This document shows, piece after piece, positions 8,936-17,359 of a stretch of DNA of 64,000 nt. How positions within the stretch are numbered: position 1 is the stretch's first letter; every line of letters begins with the position of its first letter. The position numbers were made by a program, and so were the translations under genes. Origin of the DNA: an uncultured Solirubrobacterales bacterium (GTDB lineage Bacteria > Actinomycetota > Thermoleophilia > Solirubrobacterales > 70-9); assembly GCA_963817905.1 (NCBI GenBank), contig CAWFPS010000001.1, positions 131,647-195,646 of the forward strand. Reading direction: 5' to 3'. The notes below the pieces were generated by a model. That model made no database searches and was not told the origin of the DNA. It worked only from the letters and a program-made list of their open reading frames with translations.

Positions 8936-11074
8936 GCCGGAGCTGTCCGCGGCCCGTATGCGCTCAGGCATGTGCGGTCGGCCCTCTTCGTCGGCGACGA
9001 TCACGGCTAGGAAGCCGAGCATGATCATCAGGATGTAGGGGCCGTGCGGGAAGGACATGATGTCGAACAGGGCCGAAAGGACGAGGAACGCGCCCGTCGC
9101 CGCGGCGATGGCCAGGGCGGGGGGTGCTCGGCTCGGGCCACGGCGGCGGATTATCGGCACGGCCGCGGCGATCGACAACCAAAGCATCAGGAGGTAGGCG
9201 GCGAGGCCGACCAGGCCGGTCTCGACGACCCGCATCAGCAGGTCGTTGTCGAGCACGCGGTAGACGGTGTGGTCGTAGGAGCCGTAGCCGCGGCCGAAGG
9301 CGAGGTGGCTGAGCAGGTCGGGGCGGACGGCGTCGTAGTCGGAGACGCGGTCACTGACGGTCGAGACGCCGAGCCGGTTGGGGGCGAACTGGTCGACGAT
9401 CGAGCCCAGCGCGTTCGGGGCGAGGGCGGGGATGGCAAGGACAATGACGAGGCCGAGCGGGGCTAGGCGCAGCAGCTCGCGACGGCGGAAGTAGGCGAGC
9501 ACGAGGCAGACGGTCAGCGGCGCCAGCAGGGCGCTCTTACGGTAGGTGGCGACCATCGCCCCGAGCAGGATGCAGGTGGCGATCCCGCAGAGGATGCGCT
9601 CGCGGGTCCGGTTCGAGTGCATGACCCGGACGAGGGCGATCGGCAGGGCCATCGAGAGCATCCCGACCGCCTCGAGGCTGAGGTCGGCAGGACCGGCCAC
9701 CGCCCGCCTGCCGATCTCGTCGAAGCCGCTGGTGTCGAGGGAAGTGACCTGGAAGAAGCTGGGTAGCAGCCTGCCCGACCAGGTGTAGAAGAGGTTCGTG
9801 CCGAAGCGGTACTCCCAGAGGATGCCCAGCGCGCAGGCGACGGCGAGCGCCAGGGTGAGGGTCATGAAGGGGCGGATCTCGGCCGGTCGCACGATGCTGG
9901 CGACGAGCAGGAAGATCGAGAAGAAGGCGGCCAGCAGGGTCAGCTTTTTGATCGCCAGGCCGAACTCGAGCGCCCCGGCGAGCGAGGGGGCGTTGAGGAC
10001 CACGCTGAGAAAGGCGACGCCGACGAAGATCGCGACCGCCGCGTGGACCTTGGTGAAGCGCCAGCGCGGCGCGCCTGGCCCGCCGGCCGCCAGCGAGAGC
10101 AGCCAGGTGATCACGATTACCGGCAGGGCAACGCGGTCGATTTTGAGTTCGACTGGCAGCGAGGCCTGCAGGGCGATCGCGTTGATCGGCAGCAGCCAGA
10201 GCATGGCGATGAAGCCGGCCACCATCCAGGGCAGGACCCGCGTTGTGTGTGGCCAGCCGTCGGCCGCCGGCCGCTCGGCGGGCCGGGCCGGGGCAGGCGA
10301 TCTATTTGGCGTCTCGCCGCCAGCGGGACCGGCGCCGGCGCGAAGCCAACCGCGCCTGACCTGGGCGAGCCCGAAGAGCAGTCCGAAGCAGATGAGGAAG
10401 GTGACGAGGAAGGTGAGCAGCGCAACCAATGGGCGCGCCATCGGTTCGAGCGTTTCGCCGTGGGCGGTGCCGAGCTGGGTGAGCGTTACCGGGGCGCCGG
10501 CGACGCGAACGCGGTGGGCGAGACCCCGCAGGTAGAAATTCGCCGCCGACACGGCGGCGTTGGCGAGGTCCTCCGCGGCGCTGACCGAGGGCGCCTGGGC
10601 GTAGATGTCAAGCACCGGAAGGCTGGTGCGCGCCTGGATTTCCAGCTTGTATGGATCGCGGGCGACGCGGATCTCGCTGGCGCGGCGCTCGCTGTCGGGT
10701 TCGATGAAGGAGCGGGAAACGTTTTCGGTGACCTGCGTCTTCGCTGCGATCAGCCCGGGGTCGGCGCCGGTCAGGGCGGCGACCCGGTCGAGTACCGGGG
10801 GGCTGGTCATCAAGTTGGCGATCAGGTTGAGTCGCTTCGCCTGCGATTCGAAGTCGGTCAGCGTCGCCGGGCGGCGGGGCCCGGGCAGCCGGATCGCCGC
10901 GTGGGTGACGGCGCCTCCGTCGCGAAGGTGACGCAGCTCGATTCGGGGGGGCAGCAGGCTGAAGGTCGCCAGGCCGGCGACGGTGGCGATAGTCGCCACG
11001 ATCGTCGAGGCAGTGGCAAAGGCGATCAGCCTGCGCCGGCGGGCGACTGCTTGGTTTGGGCCTTGCGTCGGCAT
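8879..11074 (-). CDS. fusion protein: PCP/Wzz-like domain + O-antigen polymerase/ligase-like (Wzy_C-type) membrane domain
   Basis: This is a 731-aa product starting MPTQGPNQAV (ATG 11074). Residues about 1-270 are paralogous to the 2988-3749 product (PVLDIYAQAP, AQVRRGW). They are followed by about 10 TM segments and the loop motif AFGRGYGSYDHTVYRVLDNDLLMRVVETGLVGL, which is typical of the O-antigen ligase/polymerase family. The ORF-track entry 8879..13648 is only coding up to 11074. Confidence 0.75.
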   Translation of the reverse strand: MPTQGPNQAVARRRRLIAFATASTIVATIATVAGLATFSLLPPRIELRHLRDGGAVTHAAIRLPGPRRPATLTDFESQAKRLNLIANLMTSPPVLDRVAALTGADPGLIAAKTQVTENVSRSFIEPDSERRASEIRVARDPYKLEIQARTSLPVLDIYAQAPSVSAAEDLANAAVSAANFYLRGLAHRVRVAGAPVTLTQLGTAHGETLEPMARPLVALLTFLVTFLICFGLLFGLAQVRRGWLRAGAGPAGGETPNRSPAPARPAERPAADGWPHTTRVLPWMVAGFIAMLWLLPINAIALQASLPVELKIDRVALPVIVITWLLSLAAGGPGAPRWRFTKVHAAVAIFVGVAFLSVVLNAPSLAGALEFGLAIKKLTLLAAFFSIFLLVASIVRPAEIRPFMTLTLALAVACALGILWEYRFGTNLFYTWSGRLLPSFFQVTSLDTSGFDEIGRRAVAGPADLSLEAVGMLSMALPIALVRVMHSNRTRERILCGIATCILLGAMVATYRKSALLAPLTVCLVLAYFRRRELLRLAPLGLVIVLAIPALAPNALGSIVDQFAPNRLGVSTVSDRVSDYDAVRPDLLSHLAFGRGYGSYDHTVYRVLDNDLLMRVVETGLVGLAAYLLMLWLSIAAAVPIIRRRGPSRAPPALAIAAATGAFLVLSALFDIMSFPHGPYILMIMLGFLAVIVADEEGRPHMPERIRAADSSGSTHEAPAAEADSSVPILA

Positions 11075-11191
11075 TCGAGTACGGGCGGCAGCGGGCCGTC
11101 CCTGTCGAACCCAACGAGTAGGGGAGCGCCGGTCTTCCTCTTTGCGGCCTCCTGTCGCAAGCGGTTCCTGGCCCCAGACGTTTGTTCCGCG

Positions 11192-12190
11192 ATGGCACAC
11201 AGTGAGAAGAGGCTGCTCGTGGTCAGCCCGGTCTACAACGAGGCCGCCAATCTGGAGCGCACGGCGCGCTCGCTGGAGGCGCAGTCCCGCCGGCCCGATC
11301 TTTGGCTGGTGGTGGACGACGGTTCTGGCGACGAGACCCTGGCGATTGCCCGCCGGCTCGAGCAGGAGCTCGAGTTCATGACCGTGGTCGAGGGTCCGGG
11401 GGAGATCGCGCCGGGCGCCGACAACCTCGGTCTGGCCCGCGAGGCGCATGCCTTCAACGCCGGGCTCGAGCTCGCCGGCTGGCGTGATTACGCGCTGATC
11501 GGCAAGCTCGACGGCGACGTCGAGCTGCCGCCAGGGTGGTTCGCCGAGCTGATTGCGCACTTCGAGACGGATCCGACGCTCGGCCTCGCCGCGGGCCGCC
11601 TGGCCGAGCCGGCTCGCACGGGCTGGCAGACGATCCCGATCCCCGACCACCACGTCCACGGCGCGGTAAAGCTCTACAGCCGCAGGTGCCTGGAGGCGAT
11701 CGGCGGCATCCAGCCGCGTCTCAGTTGGGACACGATCGACGAGACGTACGCGCGGATGCGCGGCTTCGCGACGCGCTCCTTTCCCGAGCTCATCGCCCGG
11801 CATCACCGTCCCTACGGCTCGGCGGACGGGCGGCTGCGGGGCCGCGCCCGGCACGGCGAGTGCGCCTGGGTTCTGCACTATGGGCTGCTCTGGGTGGCGC
11901 TGCGATCGCTCAAGGTCGCTCGTGTTCCGCCGCGGGGCCTCTCCGGCTTGGCCTTCCTCGGTGGCTATCTGGCCGCAGCTGCCAGGCGGGTGCCGAGGGT
12001 TGAGGACCGGGAGTTCCGCCGCTTCGTCCGCACCGAGTTGCGGGCGCGGCTGATGCGACCGCTTCGCGGCCGGCCCCGATCGAGGCGGAAACATCGGCCT
12101 CCCGGGCTCGTTGGTTCCCCGACTGTTCAAAACTACGAGACCTCTCGCCCGGAGGAGACAAATGCAGATCAACTCGAAGAAGCGCGATAA
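11192..12190 (+). CDS. family 2 glycosyltransferase
   Basis: MAHSEKRLLVVSPVYNEAANLERTARSLEAQSRRPDLWLVVDDGSGDETLAIARRL is a GT2 N-terminal domain. The gene is divergent from the Wzy fusion gene. Confidence 0.85.
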   Translation: MAHSEKRLLVVSPVYNEAANLERTARSLEAQSRRPDLWLVVDDGSGDETLAIARRLEQELEFMTVVEGPGEIAPGADNLGLAREAHAFNAGLELAGWRDYALIGKLDGDVELPPGWFAELIAHFETDPTLGLAAGRLAEPARTGWQTIPIPDHHVHGAVKLYSRRCLEAIGGIQPRLSWDTIDETYARMRGFATRSFPELIARHHRPYGSADGRLRGRARHGECAWVLHYGLLWVALRSLKVARVPPRGLSGLAFLGGYLAAAARRVPRVEDREFRRFVRTELRARLMRPLRGRPRSRRKHRPPGLVGSPTVQNYETSRPEETNADQLEEAR

Positions 12191-12208
12191 GGCAGCCGGG
12201 AGGCCGTC

Positions 12209-13214
12209 ATGATCGAGGGTGGAAGGCACCTCGTCACCGGCGGCGCCGGCACGATCGGCTCGACCCTGGTCGACCAGCTGGTCGAGGCGGGCGCGGCCGA
12301 GGTGATCGTGCTCGACAACTTCGTCCGCGGCCGGCGCCAGAACCTCGAGTGGGCGCAGGCGAACGGCAACGTCACCGTGGTCGAGGGCGACGTCTGCGAC
12401 AAGCAGCTGGTCGGGGAGCTTAGCGGCGGCATCGACGTCGTCTTCCACCAGGCCGCGATCCGCATCACCCAGTGCGCGGAGGAGCCGCGGCTGGCGCTTG
12501 AGGTCTTGGTCGACGGCACCTTCAACGTGGTCGAGGCCGCCGCCAAAGCGGAGGTGCGCAGGCTGGTCGCCGCCTCCTCGGCATCGGTCTACGGGCTCGC
12601 CACCGAGTTCCCCACCGACGAGCTGCATCACCCATACGCCAACGACACGCTCTACGGCGCCGCCAAGACCTTCAACGAGGGGCTGCTGCGCAGCTACCAG
12701 GCGATGAGTGGCCTCGACTACGTCGCCCTGCGCTACTTCAACGTCTACGGGCCGCGGATGGACGTCCACGGCGTCTACACCGAGGTACTGGTGCGCTGGA
12801 TGGAGCGGATCGTCGCCGGCGAACCGCCACTGATCTTCGGCGACGGCACGCAGACGATGGACTTCGTCTGCGTTCCCGACATCGCCCGCGCCAACTTGCT
12901 CGCCGCCAATGCCGACGTGACCGACGCGGTCTTCAATGTCGCCAGCGGTGTCGAGACCAGCCTGCAGGAGCTGGCCGAGACACTGCTGCGGGTGATGGGC
13001 TCCGACCTGGCGATCGAGTACGGGCCCGAGCGGGCCGTGAACCGCGTGCCGCGCCGCCTCGCCGACACCGCAGCGGCGAAGCGGGAGCTCGGCTTCGAGG
13101 CCAGAGATCGGACTCGAGGAGGGCCTCGATATGCTGGTCGAGTGGTGGCGGTCGAGCAGCAGCGGGGCTGGCGCGCCGGGTCGGGCCGGGCTGGTCGCCT
13201 CGGAGGCTTCCTGA
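12209..13214 (+). CDS. NAD-dependent sugar epimerase/dehydratase (SDR), reading frame broken near 13103
   Basis: It carries the Rossmann motif VTGGAGTIGSTLV and the catalytic YGAAK. The conserved C-terminus EIGLEEGLDMLVEWW is only obtained by skipping base 13103. The stop then falls at 13212-13214 (TGATG junction). Confidence 0.8.
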
Positions 13215-14350
13215 TGGAGGTGCCCTTCGCCAAGCCGTGGTTCGGCGGCGGCGAGGCCGAGGCCGTGGCCGAGGTGATCGCCTCGGGCTGGCTGACCCAG
13301 GGCCCGCGGGTGGAGGAGTTCGAGCGCGCCTTCGCGGCCCGCGTCGGCGCGCCGGAGGCGGTCGCCACGACCAGCTGCACCACCGCCCTGCAGCTCTCGC
13401 TCTACGCCTCGGGGGTCGGACCGGGAGACGAGGTGATCGTCCCCTCGCTCTCCTTCATCGCCACCGCCAACGCGGTCTGGCAGTGCGGCGCGACGCCGGT
13501 CTTCGCCGACGTCGACCCTGCCACCTGCAACCTCGACCCCGCCGACGTCGAGCGGCGTTTGACGCCGCGCACGAAAGCGGTGATCCCCGTCCACCAGGTC
13601 GGCCTGCCGGCCGACATGGAGTGCTTTCTCGGTCTGGCCGAGCGCCACGGACTGACCCTGGTCGAGGACGCCGCCTGCGCGATCGGCGCGCTTTACCGAG
13701 GCCGGCCGATCGGCTCACTCGGGCCACTCGCCTGCTTCTCATTTCACCCGCGCAAGGTCATCACCTGCGGCGAGGGCGGGATGATCGCCGTCCACGATCC
13801 TCATCTCGCCGAGCGGCTGCGGCGGCTGCGCACGCACGCGATGGACCAGTCGGCGCTTGCCCGCCACAAGGCCCGCGACGTGGTCGTCGAGCACTACCCC
13901 GAGCGCGGCTGGAACGCGCGGATGACCGACCTCCAGGCCGCGGTCGGACTGCGCCAGCTCGACGTCCTCGACACGATCCTCGCCGAGCGTCGCCGTCTTG
14001 CCCATCGCTACTCGCAGGCCCTGGTGGAAATCCCCTGGATCGAGGTCCCCCGCGATCCTGCCTACGCCGAGCGGACCTGGCAGTCCTACCCGGTGCGGAT
14101 CGCCGCCGAGGCTCCGCTCGGGGCGGAAGAGCTGATGCGGGCGCTCTTGCGGCAGGGGGTTGCCACCCGCCGCGGGGTGATGGCGATCCACCGCGAGGGC
14201 GCCTACGCCGACACCGCTGTCAGCCTGCCGCACACCGAGGCGGCGGCGCGAGAGGTCGTGCTGCTGCCGCTCTTCCCTGGGCTAGAGGACGAGGCGCAGG
14301 ACTTCGTGATCGATTGCGTGGCCCAGGTCGGAATCGCCGAGGTGGCGTGA
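13214..14350 (+). CDS. DegT/DnrJ/EryC1/StrS-family PLP-dependent sugar aminotransferase
   Basis: Recognised motifs are MEVPFAKPWFGGGEAEAVAEVIASGWLTQGPRVEEFERAFA, VIVPSLSFIATANAV and FSFHPRKVITCGEGGMIAV (the PLP lysine region). Confidence 0.9.
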   Translation: MEVPFAKPWFGGGEAEAVAEVIASGWLTQGPRVEEFERAFAARVGAPEAVATTSCTTALQLSLYASGVGPGDEVIVPSLSFIATANAVWQCGATPVFADVDPATCNLDPADVERRLTPRTKAVIPVHQVGLPADMECFLGLAERHGLTLVEDAACAIGALYRGRPIGSLGPLACFSFHPRKVITCGEGGMIAVHDPHLAERLRRLRTHAMDQSALARHKARDVVVEHYPERGWNARMTDLQAAVGLRQLDVLDTILAERRRLAHRYSQALVEIPWIEVPRDPAYAERTWQSYPVRIAAEAPLGAEELMRALLRQGVATRRGVMAIHREGAYADTAVSLPHTEAAAREVVLLPLFPGLEDEAQDFVIDCVAQVGIAEVA

Positions 14351-15034
14351 GCGCGGAGCCGACAAGCCGGACCGCGTCGAGCACCGAGGGCTCGATTTGC
14401 CTTCAACGCCTCCGAGGCTGCGATTCGCCTTCTGGACATCGTCGGCGCGTCCGTCGCCCTGGTCCTTCTATCGCCGCTGCTGCTGGTCGTGGCGCTCGTG
14501 GTCAGGCTCGACTCGCCGGGCCGTGCGATCTTCAGGCAGCGCCGCCTGGGCAGGGACCTCGAGCCCTTCTCGGTCGCCAAGTTCCGCACGATGAGGCAGG
14601 GCGCTGACACCGAGGCCGGCGCCCACCGTTCCCACGTCGAGCAGATGATGGCCGACGAGGAGCGGCGCGGGACGCGGGCGATGTCGAAGCTGCAGGAGGA
14701 CGCTCGCGTCACCCGCGTCGGTAGCTTCCTGCGCCGAACCAGCATCGACGAGCTGCCGCAGCTGTGGAACGTGCTGCGCGGCGAGATGTCGCTGGTCGGC
14801 CCGCGACCGCCGATCCAGTACGAGGTCGACCGCTATCCGCCAGAGGCGTTTCGCCGCTTCGAGGTGCGCCCCGGAGTGACCGGCCTCTGGCAGGTGCGTG
14901 GCCGCAGCCTGCTCACCTTCAAGCAGATGATCGCGCTCGACACCGAGTACATCGAAACCCGCTCACCCGCGCTCAACCTGAAGATTCTTTTGCTCACCCT
15001 GCCGACCGTGATCCACGGCAAGGGCGCGGCGTGA
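14347..15034 (+). CDS. small phosphoglycosyl transferase (bacterial sugar transferase, PglC/WbaP-C-like); 5' end frame problem
   Basis: The sequence LLDIVGASVALVLLSPLLLVVALVVRLDSPGRAIFRQRRLG...DELPQLWNVLRGEMSLVGPRP is the family signature. The only canonical in-frame start is GTG 14489, which lies inside the membrane helix. GTG 14347 forms a GTGA overlap with the DegT stop but sits one frame off. Confidence 0.75.
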
Positions 15035-16288
15035 GCGGCTCACGCTGCGGCCGGGCTCTGCTGATCAGCGAGAACGCGCCGCTCCCCGGTGACCGTCGTG
15101 TCTGGAACGAGGCCCGGACGCTGGTCGATGTCGGCTGGGAGGTGGTCGCGGTCTGCGCTGCGGCAGCGGACCGTTCACAGCCCGCGAGCGAGACGATCGA
15201 GGGGATCGATGTCTACCGCTATCCCCTGCGACCGGCCGCCGGCGCACTCGGGTATGCACGGGAGTACGCCCAGGCGCTCTGGCGGATCCGGAAGCTGGTG
15301 CGGCGATTGCAGCGCGAGCGACCGTTCGACCTCGTTCACGCGGCCAACCCGCCCGACTTCCTCCTTCTCGCCGCTCGTTCGGCCCGCCGGCGCGGCGCTC
15401 GTTTTGTCTTCGACCATCACGACCTGACCCCGGAGCTCTTTCGCTCCCGCTTCGGTCGTGGCGGGATTCCGCACCGGGCGCTGCTGGCGATCGAGCGGCG
15501 GGCGATGCGCTCCGCGGATGTCGTGATCTCGACCAACGAGTCCTACCGGCAAATCGCGATCGAGCGTGGGGGGGTGGACCCCGAGGACGTCTTCGTCGTC
15601 CGCAACGGTCCCGACCTCGACCGCTTCCAGCCAGTACCGGCGGACCCGGACCTGCGCCGCGGCCGCCGTTACCTGCTCGCCTACCTGGGGGTGATGGGCC
15701 CGCAGGACGGCATCGACCATGCCCTGCGTTCGCTGTCGGCGCTGCGCGAGATGCGCGGGTGAGGACTGGCACGCCGTCTTCATCGGCGAGGGGGAGGTGC
15801 GCGGGGAGATGGAAATGCTGGCGGTGGAGCTGGGAATCGGGGGCTCGGTCGAGTTCGCCGGCTGGCGCGGCGACGATGACATCCGCCGCATCCTCTCGAG
15901 CGCGGACGTGGGCCTCGAGCCAGATCCGCCCAGCCCGCTCAACGACCGCTCGACGATGATCAAGGTCGCCGAGTACATGGCGATGGGCTGTCCCGTCGTC
16001 GCCTACGACCTGAAGGAGACCCGTGTCTCGGCCGGCGAGGCTGCCGCCTACGCGGAGGCGCCGACGCCCGCGGCGCTGGGGCGGTGCGTTCACCAGCTGC
16101 TCGAGGACCCGGAACGTCGGCGACAGATGGCACAGTTCGGCCGTGAACGGGTGGTCGATCTCTCCTGGCAACGGTCCGCGACGGCTCTCATCGCCGCCTA
16201 TGAGCGGGCGATGGGGCGGGAGACGCAGGCGGTTGGAAGCGGCGCCCGCGGCGGCTCGCCGGCGGCCGGGGTCGGGGTGAGCGGATGA
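15031..16288 (+). CDS. family 4 (GT-B) glycosyltransferase, frame broken at 15760
   Basis: The N-terminal half is ORF 14764..15762, read from GTG 15031 (GTGA overlap). The C-terminal half is ORF 15719..16288. Skipping t15760 joins ...SALREMRG to EDWHAVFIGEGEVRGEME..., giving a normal roughly 418-aa GT4. Confidence 0.8.
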
Positions 16289-17271
16289 GCCGCAGGGGCC
16301 GGCAGGGGCTGACCGCGGTGGTCGCGCTCTGCGCAGTCGCGGTCGCCGCCTACCTGGTCCTCGACTCACCGAGCTCGAGTGGCGAGCCGCCCAGCGCGCA
16401 GCCAGTCGGCGCCGGCGGCCCAACCGAGATCGTCGGCTCATCGCTGATGGTGCGCGCGGTCAACAGAAGCGATCCGCTCGCCAACGGCCGCGCTTTCGTC
16501 ATCAAGGGCGGCCATCCGCGGCAGCTGGACGGCCCCGAGCTCGATTGCGAGCGGGTCTATTACGCGGCCGGCCGTGGCCTCTGCCTCGCCGCCGCCGACA
16601 CCGAAAGCGGTTACGAAGCGACGATCTTCGACTCTTCGCTGGGAACGCTGTTCCGGATTCCGCTGGCCGGCGTGCCATCGCGAGCGCGAGTCTCGAGCGA
16701 TGGCCGCTTCGGCGCGATGACCGTGTTCGTCAACGGCCACGCCTACCTCGAGACCGGCGGCTACTCGACTGAGACGACGATCGTCGATATGCGCACCGGC
16801 CAGCAGGTGGCAAACCTCGAGAGCTTCAAGGTGAGCAAGGGGGAAAGGCCCTTCGACGCGGTCGATTTCAACTTCTGGGGCGTCACCTTCGCCGCCGACT
16901 CGAACCGCTTCTACGCAACCCTGCGCACGAAGGGGCGCTACTACCTGGTCGAAGGCGACGTGGCGGCGCGGAGGATGCGGGTCATACGCAACCACGTCGA
17001 GTGCCCGGGGCTCTCGCCCGACGGGACCCGGATCGCCTACAAGAGCCGCATCGCCAACGAAAACCGGTGGCAGCTAAAGGTCCTCGACCTCGCCACGATG
17101 CAGGCCCACGACGTTGCCGAGCAGCGGCCGATCGACGACCAGGTGGAGTGGCTCGACGACGAAACCCTGGTCTACTCGAACAGCTTCGACGTCTACACGG
17201 TTCCCGCCAACGGCAGCGGCGCGCCCAGGCTCGTCGTGCGCGACGCGAGCTCGCCCGTGGCACTGCGCTAA
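16285..17271 (+). CDS. membrane-anchored PD40/TolB-like beta-propeller protein
   Basis: An N-terminal TM segment (LTAVVALCAVAVAAYLV) is followed by LSPDGTRIAYKS-type PD40 repeat motifs. There is an ATGA overlap with the GT4. Confidence 0.6.
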   Translation: MSRRGRQGLTAVVALCAVAVAAYLVLDSPSSSGEPPSAQPVGAGGPTEIVGSSLMVRAVNRSDPLANGRAFVIKGGHPRQLDGPELDCERVYYAAGRGLCLAAADTESGYEATIFDSSLGTLFRIPLAGVPSRARVSSDGRFGAMTVFVNGHAYLETGGYSTETTIVDMRTGQQVANLESFKVSKGERPFDAVDFNFWGVTFAADSNRFYATLRTKGRYYLVEGDVAARRMRVIRNHVECPGLSPDGTRIAYKSRIANENRWQLKVLDLATMQAHDVAEQRPIDDQVEWLDDETLVYSNSFDVYTVPANGSGAPRLVVRDASSPVALR

Positions 17272-17359
17272 GGCAACTCTCAACGTTTAGTAGAGGGTTA
17301 GTGCCGAGTTCTGGTATCGGCGGTAAAAAAACGTCGCCCCAGCGACCGTTGCTCCACTA

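Noticed and set aside
11075-13648. The upstream 858 codons of the 1,589-aa minus-strand ORF 8879..13648
   Set aside because: Only 8879-11074 has membrane-protein character and a sensible start. The remainder is Arg/Ala/Gly/Pro-rich. It lies antisense to three well-supported plus-strand genes (GT2, epimerase, DegT). This is a typical high-GC shadow ORF.
12209-14350. The 713-aa ORF read as a genuine bifunctional epimerase-aminotransferase
   Set aside because: The 37-residue linker is out-of-frame-looking (RDRTRGGPRYAGRVV...). The conserved epimerase C-terminal helix and a TGATG stop/start junction are both present in the +1 frame. A one-base disruption is the simpler reading.
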